Source: Candidatus Woesearchaeota archaeon
GTDB taxonomy: Archaea > Nanobdellota > Nanobdellia > Woesearchaeales > UBA9642
Assembly (NCBI GenBank): GCA_013330595.1
Contig: DUIB01000018.1
Location: 1 to 56,169 of the forward strand
Length of the DNA: 56,169 nt
Direction: 5' to 3'
This document shows positions 1-9,983 of this stretch, one piece after another. The notes beneath the pieces were generated by a model. The model ran no database searches and was not told the DNA's origin. It was given only the letters and a program-made list of their open reading frames with translations. Position numbers and translations under genes: made by a program. Every line of letters starts with the position of its first letter. The first letter of the stretch is position 1.

Positions 1-36
1 TTACGATTTCCGTTAATTTTTTATACGTCAGAAATA

Positions 37-57
37 CCACTCATCTATGATGAGTGG
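37..57. repeat. Perfect 9-bp hairpin CCACTCATC-TAT-GATGAGTGG
   Basis: Inverted repeat read directly; same outer frame AATACCAC...GTGGA as the hairpin at 27979-28003. Confidence 0.7.
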
Positions 58-109
58 AAAAGCCATGCTTATCCTTCTGATATACATGGACTGGTATTTC
101 TGATCGTGA

Positions 110-352
110 TCAAGAACAAACATGATTGCTAGCAATCATGCCACCGGTCTTTGACCGGTGGTTCTTGACAAGATCTTTATTCGACTCATATAATAGGCTT
201 AACACTGGATCTTTTTTCATTTCTATATCGTCTTTTAATAACTGATTAAACAATTGTTGCAATGCTATTGCTGCAGCTAAAAGTGCTCCACCAATAATTA
301 ATGCTTTACTAGTCATGTGATCTTTCTTTTTCCATCGATCCCAAAATGCCAT
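110..352 (-). CDS. Small hypothetical protein with one hydrophobic helix
   Basis: 80-aa ORF, SD-like GGAAGGT before ATG and TATA-like TTTAAATA upstream. Confidence 0.6.
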   Translation of the reverse strand: MAFWDRWKKKDHMTSKALIIGGALLAAAIALQQLFNQLLKDDIEMKKDPVLSLLYESNKDLVKNHRSKTGGMIASNHVCS

Positions 353-385
353 ACCTTCCTCCTTTCACAGCATATATTTAAATTT

Positions 386-730
386 TTACTTTTTGAGGCT
401 GATCAATCCAATAATGTAGGCAATGATCAATAATACGAAGCTTGCTATTATATTCTTGAATATCAATGCTCCTGCAAGGAATGCAATAACAACAGCTCCT
501 GATCCTATTAAGCCACCTTTTTTGTATATTTTGATCAATGTTAATACTGTTATTATCATAATCAGTGTTGGAAGTATTATAAATAATGTTTTAAGCACAG
601 AATGAATATTGGAGAATATTGGTTGTAGAAATTTTATGATCTCTTCTTCTGGGCTGATGCCTATTGCCAGCCATATTCCGTTAAGAAATCCGAAGCCAAT
701 AACGAATTTCTTTATGATATTTGATGCCAT
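386..730 (-). CDS. Hypothetical membrane protein
   Basis: 114 aa with several hydrophobic segments; TTTAAA ~25 nt upstream. Confidence 0.7.
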   Translation of the reverse strand: MASNIIKKFVIGFGFLNGIWLAIGISPEEEIIKFLQPIFSNIHSVLKTLFIILPTLIMIITVLTLIKIYKKGGLIGSGAVVIAFLAGALIFKNIIASFVLLIIAYIIGLISLKK

Positions 731-762
731 ATATAATGCTTTATTTTGTGTCTTTAAATAAT

Positions 763-1095
763 TTACTTTGTTAATTCATATATTTTAATTAATTCCTTTT
801 TAGTATAAGGTAATGTAAATGAGTCTTCTCTTGTGAAGCCGTATTCTTTTGTAGGATTCATAATTTTATCACATCCTTCCTTTATGATGGCTTCTGTAAT
901 TATCTCCTCTAAATAGTAATCTGGTTCATATTCGATCGGATAAATAAAACAATATCCGATTATTTTGTATTCTGTTATTATGTTAGATTTGTAATCAATT
1001 AAGATACGGTTAAATTGGTTATAGTATAATTTTTTAATATTTTTCACAATCCATCCCTTATTTATGGAGTTTTCTTTATCGCCAGTTTCATTCAT
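763..1095 (-). CDS. Hypothetical protein
   Basis: 110-aa ORF filling the intergenic gap; no recognised motif. Confidence 0.5.
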   Translation of the reverse strand: MNETGDKENSINKGWIVKNIKKLYYNQFNRILIDYKSNIITEYKIIGYCFIYPIEYEPDYYLEEIITEAIIKEGCDKIMNPTKEYGFTREDSFTLPYTKKELIKIYELTK

Positions 1096-1191
1096 GCTTT
1101 TAGAGTAGTCAATGCATATTTTTAAATCTATCTTTTCTTAGTGATAAATTTATAAATTCATCTGATTAAGAATTGTGTATAGGTGGTTTAG

Positions 1192-2502
1192 GTGTATGAA
1201 GCAATTATCTTGATAGTGCTAATAATGTTTTCAGCATTCTTTTCAGGATATGAATCAGCAATATTATCTTTGAGGATCTCCAGGATCAGAGAGCTTGTTA
1301 AGAAAAAAGTCAGGAATGCAAGGCTTGTAGAGAAATTCAAGCAAGACCAGCATAAGACTATTATTACATTGCTTGTTGGAAATAATATAGTCAATATTAC
1401 AGCTTCTGCTCTGGCAACTAAGATGACTTTTGATTTCTTGGCAAAATATAATATTCAGGCAGCTTTAGGTATTGCTATTGCTACTGGTATTATGACTTTC
1501 TTATTATTGATTTTTGGAGAAATTACTCCAAAGACATTGGCAATGAAAAAAGCAGAACAATTTGCCTTATTCGGAGCAGGAATTTTTAAGTTAATCAGTA
1601 TAATCCTAACACCGTTCAGAATGCTCTTCGAAGCTATTGCTTCGCTTATATTAGGAATTTTTGGGATATCATTAAAGGAATCTAGCTATTATACTGCGGG
1701 TGAATTAAAGGAATTTGTTGAGATGAGCCATGAAGAAGGTGCTATAAAGGAAAGCGAAAAGGAAATGATACATAATGTTCTGGATTTTAATGTGGTAAAT
1801 GTTAAAGAGATAATGACTCCATTAAGCAAGGTTGTTGCAGTTGATGCTGACGAGACAATAAAGGATATTATAGTGCTGTTGGTAAAGGATAATTTTTCTA
1901 GGATCCCTGTGTACAATAATCATATTGAGGATATGATAGGTGTCATATTCATAAAAGACCTATTGCCATACATTGAGAGACAGGAGACAAATATTAAATT
2001 GAGAGATATTATGAGAAAGATAGTTCATATCCCCAGCTCCAAAAAAATCAATACACTGTTTCATTATTTCAAGAACAAGAAAGAGCATATTGCAGTTGTT
2101 GTCAATGAATATGGAAACACTCTCGGAATTGTTACAATGGAAGATGTTCTTGAAGAGCTTGTTGGCGAGATACAGGATGAGAGTGATGATGCGGATGAGA
2201 ATAACATAAAAAAGATTGACGAGAACACAATCCTTGTTCCTGGATCAACCAACATCGATGATATTAATGAACTGCTCCATATGTCTATAGATGATCATGA
2301 AGGCTCTTTCCAGACAGTTGCAGGGATGATAATGTATTATTCTGGGAAGATACCGAAAAAAGGCCATGTACTGAAGATTAATAGCTTAACATTCACAATA
2401 ATTGATTCTGATCATAAGAAGATTGAGAAAGTCAAGATAGAAAAGATATCCTCTAGCTTTAAGAAGGATTTGATCCATAGCACTCATAAGATTTTTAAGT
2501 AA
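1192..2502 (+). CDS. Hemolysin/CNNM family protein (DUF21 + 2xCBS + CorC_HlyC)
   Basis: SAFFSGYESA, LVGNNIVN, FGEITPKTLA, FSRIPVY, GIVTMEDVLEELVGEI motifs. Confidence 0.93.
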   Translation: MYEAIILIVLIMFSAFFSGYESAILSLRISRIRELVKKKVRNARLVEKFKQDQHKTIITLLVGNNIVNITASALATKMTFDFLAKYNIQAALGIAIATGIMTFLLLIFGEITPKTLAMKKAEQFALFGAGIFKLISIILTPFRMLFEAIASLILGIFGISLKESSYYTAGELKEFVEMSHEEGAIKESEKEMIHNVLDFNVVNVKEIMTPLSKVVAVDADETIKDIIVLLVKDNFSRIPVYNNHIEDMIGVIFIKDLLPYIERQETNIKLRDIMRKIVHIPSSKKINTLFHYFKNKKEHIAVVVNEYGNTLGIVTMEDVLEELVGEIQDESDDADENNIKKIDENTILVPGSTNIDDINELLHMSIDDHEGSFQTVAGMIMYYSGKIPKKGHVLKINSLTFTIIDSDHKKIEKVKIEKISSSFKKDLIHSTHKIFK

Positions 2503-2533
2503 ATTTTATAAACAAACTGGAATTCTTTAAATC

Positions 2534-3595
2534 ATGGGAATATATGATGATATGCTTAAGCATAATGAATCCTTGTTCAGGAATGAATATGCACTAGATT
2601 ATAGTTTTCTTCCAAAGGCTATTCCTTACAGGGAAAGCCAGCAAAAATTCATTGCATCCTGCATAAAACCATTGATTAATGACCATAATGGCAGGAATGT
2701 GCTTATTCATGGGCCTCCAGGAGTTGGAAAGACAGCTGCATTAAGGCATCTTGTTAAGGAGCTTAATGAAAGTGATGAGTTTTCTGATAAATTATCTATT
2801 ATTTTTGTGAATTGTTGGCATAAGAATACAACATACAAGGTTGTTCTGGACTTATGTGATGAAATAGGTTATGCTTTTGTTCAAAATAAGAACACTGAGG
2901 ATCTGATAAAGATCCTCGCTCAAATAATCAATAAGAAATCAGCAATATTTATTTTTGATGAGATTGACAAGGCAGAGGATACAGATTTCCTTTACATATT
3001 ATCAGAACAGATCTATAGGAAAAGCATTTTCCTCGTGACAAATTATAAGTCATGGATGCTTGAGCTTGATGATAGGATAAGAAGCAGATTAATGCTTGAG
3101 CAGATTGAATTCCCGCAATACACTAAAGAGGAAATGTTCGGGATCTTGAAACAAAGAGTGGAACTTGCATTACAGGAAAACTGTATAAATGATAATGTTA
3201 TTGGATCAATTGCATTAAAGGCATCTGAATTAAAAGACATAAGAATAGGATTGTTTTTATTAAGGGAATCAGCATTGATTGCAGAAGAAAAAGCCTCAAG
3301 GCAGATAAAGCAAGAGCATGTTGATATTGCAATAACAAAGATCAATCAATTCACAATAAAAAATACAGATGAGCTCGATGAAGAGGCAAAAAACATTCTT
3401 AAGATCATTAAAGACAATTCTGGAAAAAAGATTGGTGATCTGTTCAAGGTCTATGAAAAAGCAGGAGGAAAATCCTCTTACAAAACATTCCAGAGAAAGA
3501 TCAACAAATTAGATGAAGGAAAATTCATCTCTCTTGAAAGGACATATGCAGGCGGCAATACAACAATTGTGAATAAGAAGTTGACTGAATATTGA
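2534..3595 (+). CDS. cdc6: Orc1/Cdc6 replication initiator
   Basis: LDYSFLPK..PYRE, Walker A GPPGVGKT, VNCW, Walker B FIFDEID, RIRSRL, C-terminal wHTH. Confidence 0.88.
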   Translation: MGIYDDMLKHNESLFRNEYALDYSFLPKAIPYRESQQKFIASCIKPLINDHNGRNVLIHGPPGVGKTAALRHLVKELNESDEFSDKLSIIFVNCWHKNTTYKVVLDLCDEIGYAFVQNKNTEDLIKILAQIINKKSAIFIFDEIDKAEDTDFLYILSEQIYRKSIFLVTNYKSWMLELDDRIRSRLMLEQIEFPQYTKEEMFGILKQRVELALQENCINDNVIGSIALKASELKDIRIGLFLLRESALIAEEKASRQIKQEHVDIAITKINQFTIKNTDELDEEAKNILKIIKDNSGKKIGDLFKVYEKAGGKSSYKTFQRKINKLDEGKFISLERTYAGGNTTIVNKKLTEY

Positions 3596-3598
3596 TTG

Positions 3599-3952
3599 TT
3601 ATTCTAATTTCTCTTCGCTTCGCATCATTATCTTGCAGCATTCCTCTATTGCTCCAAGTTTCTCTGATGCAGATCTTATATTTTGCTGTGCTTCTTCTAT
3701 TTGTTTCTTTCCTGCTTCTATTGATGATTTTGCCGAATCCTCTAACAATGCTGCTGATTCTTTTAACTTATCTAGATACTCATTCAGAACTCTCAATGCA
3801 TTCTCAACATTTGGCTTTGTTGTTTCGCTGACTTCTTTTATATGATTGTTTATAACGTCTAGTGCTTGATGTGTTTTTCCTTCATCGAGCAATGATATTG
3901 CCATATGAAGATTTTCTTTTTGCTTTATCAGCTGGAACATTTTCCCTTCCAA
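3599..3952 (-). CDS. Hypothetical coiled-coil protein
   Basis: Helical heptad-like 117-aa ORF convergent on cdc6; start uncertain. Confidence 0.6.
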   Translation of the reverse strand: MEGKMFQLIKQKENLHMAISLLDEGKTHQALDVINNHIKEVSETTKPNVENALRVLNEYLDKLKESAALLEDSAKSSIEAGKKQIEEAQQNIRSASEKLGAIEECCKIMMRSEEKLE

Positions 3953-4120
3953 TTAAGGTATATTATTGGATACTTTATATCTTATTTACAGCAATATGTA
4001 TCTATTAGATTATATAGTTTATCATATTTTGTGCTTGATCCTGCATTAGACACACTGGACATCTGGCCACAGGGTATTTAAATCTTTGATATTATGATCT
4101 ATTGCGCGGATGGAGGTACT

Positions 4121-4303
4121 ATGATGGAAATCGAATTAGGAAAACATGATGACCCTGAATACATCGAGATGTCAGAAATCGTTTATGTACAATCTGTGAT
4201 ACATCAGATAAATACTATAACACCGATTTCTGATCATGATCAAAAACTAGGGCTTCAGCCCGTAATTTTTGACAGGCTGTTCCATTCATTGCTGGGGGTT
4301 TAA
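4121..4303 (+). CDS. Small hypothetical protein
   Basis: Strong SD GGAGGT before ATG 4121. Confidence 0.5.
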   Translation: MMEIELGKHDDPEYIEMSEIVYVQSVIHQINTITPISDHDQKLGLQPVIFDRLFHSLLGV

Positions 4304-4407
4304 GATGAATAAAAGAATAATGGATCTGTTGGAATTGTATGAAGGAAAAGAATTCATTAATGAAAGATCAGAAGAACTTCTGATTTAAATTTTTTTATTT
4401 TCAATAT

Positions 4408-4452
4408 CTGAAAAATTCTTTTTTTCAGTATTTGAAAACGCAGTTTTCAATA
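4408..4452. repeat. Two tandem palindromic micro-units
   Basis: CTGAAAAA-TTCTT-TTTTTCAG and TTGAAAAC-GCA-GTTTTCAA immediately before the TATA-like TTTTAAATA of tsaC. Confidence 0.65.
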
Positions 4453-4484
4453 CATTTTTAAATAAATTCTTATTGCCTGTTTTT

Positions 4485-5120
4485 ATGATTGTCTTAAATC
4501 TAGATGAATACAACATCCATAAGAAAATTATTCTCGATGAATTAAAAAAAACAGTATTTGTATATCCTACTGATACTATCTATGGCCTCGGATGCAATGC
4601 TACCGATGAAAAAGCTGTTGATAAACTTAGAAAAATTAAAAACACTAAACATCCTTTCTCTATAATTGTTCCGAACAAAGATTGGATCTATGACAATTGC
4701 ACCGTTAATGAAGAGGCTGAGGAATGGATAAGAAAGCTTCCTGGCCCATACACATTAATTTTGAGACTAAAAAATAAAAAAGCAATTGCTAACAATGTCC
4801 ATAACATGAAAGATAATCCAACTATTGGCATAAGGATGCCTAATCATTGGTTCTTGGCAGTTGTTTATCAATTAAAATTTCCTATTGTTACAACTTCAGC
4901 AAATATTTCTGGAAGAGACTTCATGACAGCATTGGATGATCTTGATCCGATAATAAGAAATAATGTGGATTATGTGTTTTATGAAGGCCCTAAGAGAGGA
5001 TGTCCTTCATCAATAATTCATCTTGAAGGTCCTATAATAAAGATTCAGCAAAGAAAAGAGAAATGCTCATCTGTAAAGATTGATTTTCCTTTAGAAGAGA
5101 TCAAATTAAGCCAGGAATAA
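4485..5120 (+). CDS. tsaC: Threonylcarbamoyl-AMP synthase (TsaC/Sua5 YrdC domain)
   Basis: YPTDTIYGLGC, LPGPYTLIL, IGIRMP, TTSANISG motifs. Confidence 0.9.
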   Translation: MIVLNLDEYNIHKKIILDELKKTVFVYPTDTIYGLGCNATDEKAVDKLRKIKNTKHPFSIIVPNKDWIYDNCTVNEEAEEWIRKLPGPYTLILRLKNKKAIANNVHNMKDNPTIGIRMPNHWFLAVVYQLKFPIVTTSANISGRDFMTALDDLDPIIRNNVDYVFYEGPKRGCPSSIIHLEGPIIKIQQRKEKCSSVKIDFPLEEIKLSQE

Positions 5121-5121
5121 A

Positions 5122-5754
5122 ATGAAAATACTTTCTGCAGGAGACTTGCACGGAGATATTGGATTAGTCAAGAAATTAGCTGCAAAAGCAGAAAAAGAGA
5201 ATGTAGATATTGTAATCTTATGCGGAGACCTTACTGAAGGTGATGAGAAGACAGATAATATCATAGGACAATTTCTTAAGAAAAATAAAAAGGTCTTGAT
5301 AGTTCCAGGAAATCATGAAAGCCCTGCAACAGCTGACTTCCTTGCACAATTTTATGGGATAAAGAACCTTCACGGATATTCAGTAAGGTTGGTTGATCCA
5401 ATAAAGGATCATAATGTATTCAAGAATGTTGGTGTGTTTGGTTGCTCTGGTGTCAATATTGGGATACATCAGATCACAGATAAGGAAAGCTATGACTTAT
5501 TGAAAAAAGGTCATGATTATATCAAGGATGCTGACATCAAGATAATGGTTACTCATGTCCATCCTTCTGGAACAAAAATGGAGCGATTCACTCAATTTTT
5601 TGAGGGCAGTAAAGCAGTAAGAAGAGCAATAGATAAGTTCCAGCCAGACATAATGCTATGCAGCCATGTCCATGAAGCAGAAGGTCTTGAAGAGAGGATA
5701 GGGAAGACACGCGTGATAAACGTTGGCGCGAAAGGAAAGATATTTGAGGTTTAA
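5122..5754 (+). CDS. Calcineurin-like metallophosphoesterase
   Basis: DLHG, GD, GNHE, H, SHVHE motifs. Confidence 0.9.
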   Translation: MKILSAGDLHGDIGLVKKLAAKAEKENVDIVILCGDLTEGDEKTDNIIGQFLKKNKKVLIVPGNHESPATADFLAQFYGIKNLHGYSVRLVDPIKDHNVFKNVGVFGCSGVNIGIHQITDKESYDLLKKGHDYIKDADIKIMVTHVHPSGTKMERFTQFFEGSKAVRRAIDKFQPDIMLCSHVHEAEGLEERIGKTRVINVGAKGKIFEV

Positions 5755-5758
5755 GTAT

Positions 5759-6586
5759 ATGCTTAAGATCAATTCTAAATTGAAATTGAATGATGGAAAT
5801 GAGATTCCATTGCTAGGATTTGGTGCATGGCAGATTGAGGATGGAAAGCAGATAGAGGATTGCATCTCAACAGCCTTCAAGGCAGGTTATAGACTTATTG
5901 ACACTGCAAGCATTTATGGAAATGAAAAAGGAGTGGGAAGTGCTGTGAGAAAAGCAGTTGCTTCAGGAATTCCTAGAGAGGAAATATTTGTCACAACAAA
6001 ACTATATAATGATGATCATGATAATGTTGAAAAAGCATTTAATGAATCCTTAAAAAAACTTGGATTAGACTATATTGACTTATATTTAATTCATTGGCCT
6101 GTAATAGGAAAAAGAATAGCAACATGGAAGATTTTTGAGAAACTGCTTAATACAGGAAAAGTAAAATCAATTGGGGTGAGTAATTTTACTATATCACAGC
6201 TTCAAGAGCTCATGAAGAATTCAGAGATTGTTCCTGCTATAAACCAAGTTGAATTCAGTCCATGGCTTTATCAAAAAGAACTTCTAGATTTCTGCAAAAA
6301 AAATAATATTATTCTTGAAGCATATAGTCCATTGACAAGAGGAAAGATGCTTAATGACAAAAGGTTAGCAATTATTGCGAAAAAATATGATAGGAGTCCA
6401 GCACAGATGATCCTTAGATGGGCTATTCAACAGGATATTGTTGTTATTCCTAAAAGCACTGATCCAAAAAAGATTGTTGAAAATTCTCAATTATATGATT
6501 TTGAGATTGAAAAGAAGGATATTGAAACAATCAATTCCTTCAATGAGAACAAGAGATTCTGCTGGAATCCTGAAGAATTAGACTGA
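5759..6586 (+). CDS. Aldo/keto reductase
   Basis: IDTASIYGNE, TTKL, LYLIHWP, IGVSNF, IPKS motifs; ATG 5759 follows the upstream stop. Confidence 0.93.
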   Translation: MLKINSKLKLNDGNEIPLLGFGAWQIEDGKQIEDCISTAFKAGYRLIDTASIYGNEKGVGSAVRKAVASGIPREEIFVTTKLYNDDHDNVEKAFNESLKKLGLDYIDLYLIHWPVIGKRIATWKIFEKLLNTGKVKSIGVSNFTISQLQELMKNSEIVPAINQVEFSPWLYQKELLDFCKKNNIILEAYSPLTRGKMLNDKRLAIIAKKYDRSPAQMILRWAIQQDIVVIPKSTDPKKIVENSQLYDFEIEKKDIETINSFNENKRFCWNPEELD

Positions 6587-6823
6587 TTGTTTCTTCAATG
6601 CATATTCTCTCTGAAAATTATTTTTTGCATAATCATAAATCTCTCTTGCTTGTTCTTTGGTTATTAATGATTTCATATCACAGTCATTCCATGCTTCTTC
6701 AAATGATTTTGAATTTTTTCCATCGCCAGGTAAAGAACATATTGCTCCTGCATTTCTAAAATAAATCTTTGCTTGGCCCTCTTGAACTTCAGAACTTGAA
6801 GATTCAATTTCTTTCTTGATCAT
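6578..6823 (-). CDS. Hypothetical protein coupled to rtcB
   Basis: ATGA overlap with the rtcB stop. Confidence 0.55.
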   Translation of the reverse strand: MIKKEIESSSSEVQEGQAKIYFRNAGAICSLPGDGKNSKSFEEAWNDCDMKSLITKEQAREIYDYAKNNFQREYALKKQSV

Positions 6824-8241
6824 CCTTTAATGACTCCTAATGGCTTTAATCTTGCAACCATGTTGCCAATGCCGATACCGTGTGAAACACGAATAACTTC
6901 ATCTATGTCTTTGTACATTTGCGGAGCTTCTTCTGCAATGCCTTTCATTGAATTGCCTCTGACAAGAATGTTCATGTTGTGTAATTGATTTACAATATCA
7001 TGGCCTCTTAATGTCCTTAATGCTTCGCTTCTTGATCCTACTCTTCCTGCTCCATGTGCTGTTGATCCAAAACTTACCTCTTCTGCTTTTTTAGTTCCAA
7101 CAAGTACATATGATGCTGTTCCCATTGATCCTGGAATAATAATTGGCTGACCATAATCTCTATATACTTCTGGAATCTCCTCTCTTCCTGGTCCAAAACT
7201 TCTTGTCGCACCTTTTCTATGCACACAAACCTTTCTATTTTCTCCATCAATATTATGTTTCTCAAATTTACCGATATTATGGCATACATCATACACAACA
7301 TCAATATTATCCTGATTACCATAGATCTTTTCAAAAGTCTGCCTAACCCAGTAAGTAATAAGTTGCTTGTTTGTGAATGCAAAATTTGCAGCAGCACCCA
7401 TTGCTTTTAAATAATCCTGGCCAAGGTCAGAATTAATAGGGGCATTGATCAATTCCCTGTCAGGAAGATTTTCAAATCCATATTTTTGCTCCATTGACTT
7501 GATATAATCAGATGCCACTTGATGTCCGAGGCCTCTTGAGCCACAATGTATCATAACAACAACCTGCCCTTCATTATATATCCCAAATGCTTCTGCAATC
7601 TTTTGATCATAGATCTTATCAACTTTCTGCATTTCAAGAAAATGATTTCCTGATCCTAAAGTTCCAAGTTGTGGGACTCCGCGTTCAATAGCTCTATCAG
7701 AGACTAATAATGGATCTGCATCTAAATGTCCGTTTTCTTCTGTCCTATCAATATCATCATGCTTTCCGTATCCATTATCAATAGCCCATCTCTCTCCTTT
7801 TTCAAGAATCTCCATTAATTCATCTCTAGTTATTTTAACAATTCCTTTTCTTCCGGTGCCTACTGGAACTTTTTTGTATATTTCATCAAGAAAATCCTTT
7901 CTCTTATCAAGAATCTGATCAACATTAAAGTCTGTTCTTAGAAGCCTCACCGAGCATGAAATATCATACCCAATGCCCCCTGGAGAGATTATTCCATCGT
8001 CTTTATCAAATGCAGCAACTCCACCAATTGGAAATCCATAACCTTCATGACAATCAGGCATTGCTATCGCATTCTTGACAATTCCTTTAAGACATGCAAC
8101 ATTCATTATCTGATTAAAAGTCTTGTCTGATTTGACCTTTTCCATCAAAGCATCAGAACTATAAACAATTGCAGGAACATTCATATCCCCATGCTTCTCA
8201 ATCTTCCACGTGAATTCATTAATCTTAACTGGCTGAACCAT
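6820..8241 (-). CDS. rtcB: RNA-splicing ligase RtcB
   Basis: MPDCHEGYGFPIGG, GYDISC, GSGNHFLE, HCGSRG, HRKGAT, HGAGR, EEAPQMYK. Confidence 0.97.
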   Translation of the reverse strand: MVQPVKINEFTWKIEKHGDMNVPAIVYSSDALMEKVKSDKTFNQIMNVACLKGIVKNAIAMPDCHEGYGFPIGGVAAFDKDDGIISPGGIGYDISCSVRLLRTDFNVDQILDKRKDFLDEIYKKVPVGTGRKGIVKITRDELMEILEKGERWAIDNGYGKHDDIDRTEENGHLDADPLLVSDRAIERGVPQLGTLGSGNHFLEMQKVDKIYDQKIAEAFGIYNEGQVVVMIHCGSRGLGHQVASDYIKSMEQKYGFENLPDRELINAPINSDLGQDYLKAMGAAANFAFTNKQLITYWVRQTFEKIYGNQDNIDVVYDVCHNIGKFEKHNIDGENRKVCVHRKGATRSFGPGREEIPEVYRDYGQPIIIPGSMGTASYVLVGTKKAEEVSFGSTAHGAGRVGSRSEALRTLRGHDIVNQLHNMNILVRGNSMKGIAEEAPQMYKDIDEVIRVSHGIGIGNMVARLKPLGVIKG

Positions 8242-8356
8242 TCTAGAAGAAATTTTGGCGGGTTTATAAAGGTTTATGGTTTTTTTCCGGGTTTCTTTGA
8301 AATATTTCCGAAATATTCACAGCAATCATTATTAACATGCATATATTCCCCTTATT

Positions 8357-8626
8357 ATGGATTCATTTAAGACTTTATATAGCAAGCAATTACACAAATA
8401 TTTTGATAACAATAATCATGTGTATAGTATTCATAAATATCCCAGATATCTTCCAGTGGCGTTATATGCTGCATATCTTGTTATTCAAGCAATAGACTGC
8501 AATGTTCACAAAAGTGTAGATAATCAGAAAAATACAACCGTAATAAATTCTTATAACGATTATACTGTTTGTGAACGTAATATTTATAAGAACAACAAAT
8601 TCCCGAGTTTTAGTGAATTTAGATAA
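8357..8626 (+). CDS. Hypothetical; possible 5' part of a frameshifted gene
   Basis: 89-aa ORF with hydrophobic stretch, overlapping the next ORF by 56 nt. Confidence 0.4.
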   Translation: MDSFKTLYSKQLHKYFDNNNHVYSIHKYPRYLPVALYAAYLVIQAIDCNVHKSVDNQKNTTVINSYNDYTVCERNIYKNNKFPSFSEFR

Positions 8627-9347
8627 AGTATCATATAAATTAGGGAGCTTGAGAGAGTCTTTACCTGATCTCTTAGCATTAATTGGTTCAATTGACTGCT
8701 CGATACAATTTATTAAATATACTTCAGTTATTGGAGCAAATGGGTTTTCTGCGATTCCTTATGTTGGTTATTCAATAATAGGAATTGGATGTATTAGAGA
8801 AACTTTGTCTTCTCTCAAATATAGAATGATGCATTTTGGAATTAAAAATAATTTTATTGAGGGTGTTAATTTAGCGTCTGAGAGAATAATTATAGATGAT
8901 TTAGAGGGATTGGATTTTTTATTAGCCAGAACTGAAAAAAATGAAATAAGAGAGTGGGGAAGTGTTTTAAAAGGCGGAATTGAAAAAACAAATTTTGTCA
9001 TAACTCATATAACAAGGAAAGAAGAGACAGATATGCTAAAAATATTTACAAGAAGAACGCCTATAAGTATGAATGTTGATTTTAAAAAGTTAGAAGATTG
9101 GCAGGGTACGCATCATTATCATCCAAGTATTTTCACAAAATATTTAGGCGGCATTAATTTTTATGTAACTTATTTAGATAGGTTTGTTCAAAATGCAAAC
9201 TCCATAAATTTATTGACATTCAATACTAAATCTGGACCTGAAATAATCGGATTTAATTATCTAGATGTATATATACCAGAGTCAAAAGCGAATAGGAGTG
9301 TTCTAGTGAGAGCAGACAAAAGGCAAATTTATGATTATTTATCCTAA
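8571..9347 (+). CDS. Membrane-associated protein with JAB/MPN-like motif
   Basis: Hydrophobic N-part, then REWGSVL...GTHHYHP...D. Confidence 0.5.
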   Translation: MNVIFIRTTNSRVLVNLDKVSYKLGSLRESLPDLLALIGSIDCSIQFIKYTSVIGANGFSAIPYVGYSIIGIGCIRETLSSLKYRMMHFGIKNNFIEGVNLASERIIIDDLEGLDFLLARTEKNEIREWGSVLKGGIEKTNFVITHITRKEETDMLKIFTRRTPISMNVDFKKLEDWQGTHHYHPSIFTKYLGGINFYVTYLDRFVQNANSINLLTFNTKSGPEIIGFNYLDVYIPESKANRSVLVRADKRQIYDYLS

Positions 9348-9652
9348 TCCATCAATTGTTCAATCTTTCCTGAGCTTCCGCAATAAAAGAATAAGCTTCC
9401 ATTGATCTTCATGATCTTTTTAGCTCTTTTCAATTGTTTTTGGGCTTTATGGATCCGATAAGAACATTTTACTTCATACAGGTCTGTTTTATCTTCCTTT
9501 ATTCCTGCTAGGTCAACTTGCCCAAGTGTTCTCTTGCTCTTGCCAATCTCATAATCTAGAATTAGATAATCATACCTGTGCTGAACCTTCTTATATAGCT
9601 CCAGAACATAGCGGTCATGCTTGTTTGGCTTGTTCAGTAGTATTTGCTTCAA
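9344..9652 (-). CDS. Small PD-(D/E)XK nuclease-fold protein
   Basis: GQVDLAG...LYEVKC...KAQKQL motif. Confidence 0.65.
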   Translation of the reverse strand: MKQILLNKPNKHDRYVLELYKKVQHRYDYLILDYEIGKSKRTLGQVDLAGIKEDKTDLYEVKCSYRIHKAQKQLKRAKKIMKINGSLFFYCGSSGKIEQLMD

Positions 9653-9983
9653 GATAAACTCTCTGTTTTACCTTGTAATTTTTCATGGAACAACTTATTT
9701 ATAAAGATTATGAATGAATTTATCGATGAGAAAATCTTTCGAATAAAAAGCTATAAAATGCCTTAATACTTATTTATCGCAAATCATATTAGAAAATCTT
9801 AATCATATAAGCAAATACTTTCATTAATTACAATAAATTTATCTTTTATCGATGATTTGCGTAAAAATTCGTTTTGTACGGGTATTGTCTTATCATATCT
9901 TAACAGACTTTTATTTTTCATAGTTTCTATATTATACTACTTGTTTATAAATTTATCTTTTTTAAAAGTTGTGTGTAAGAAGT

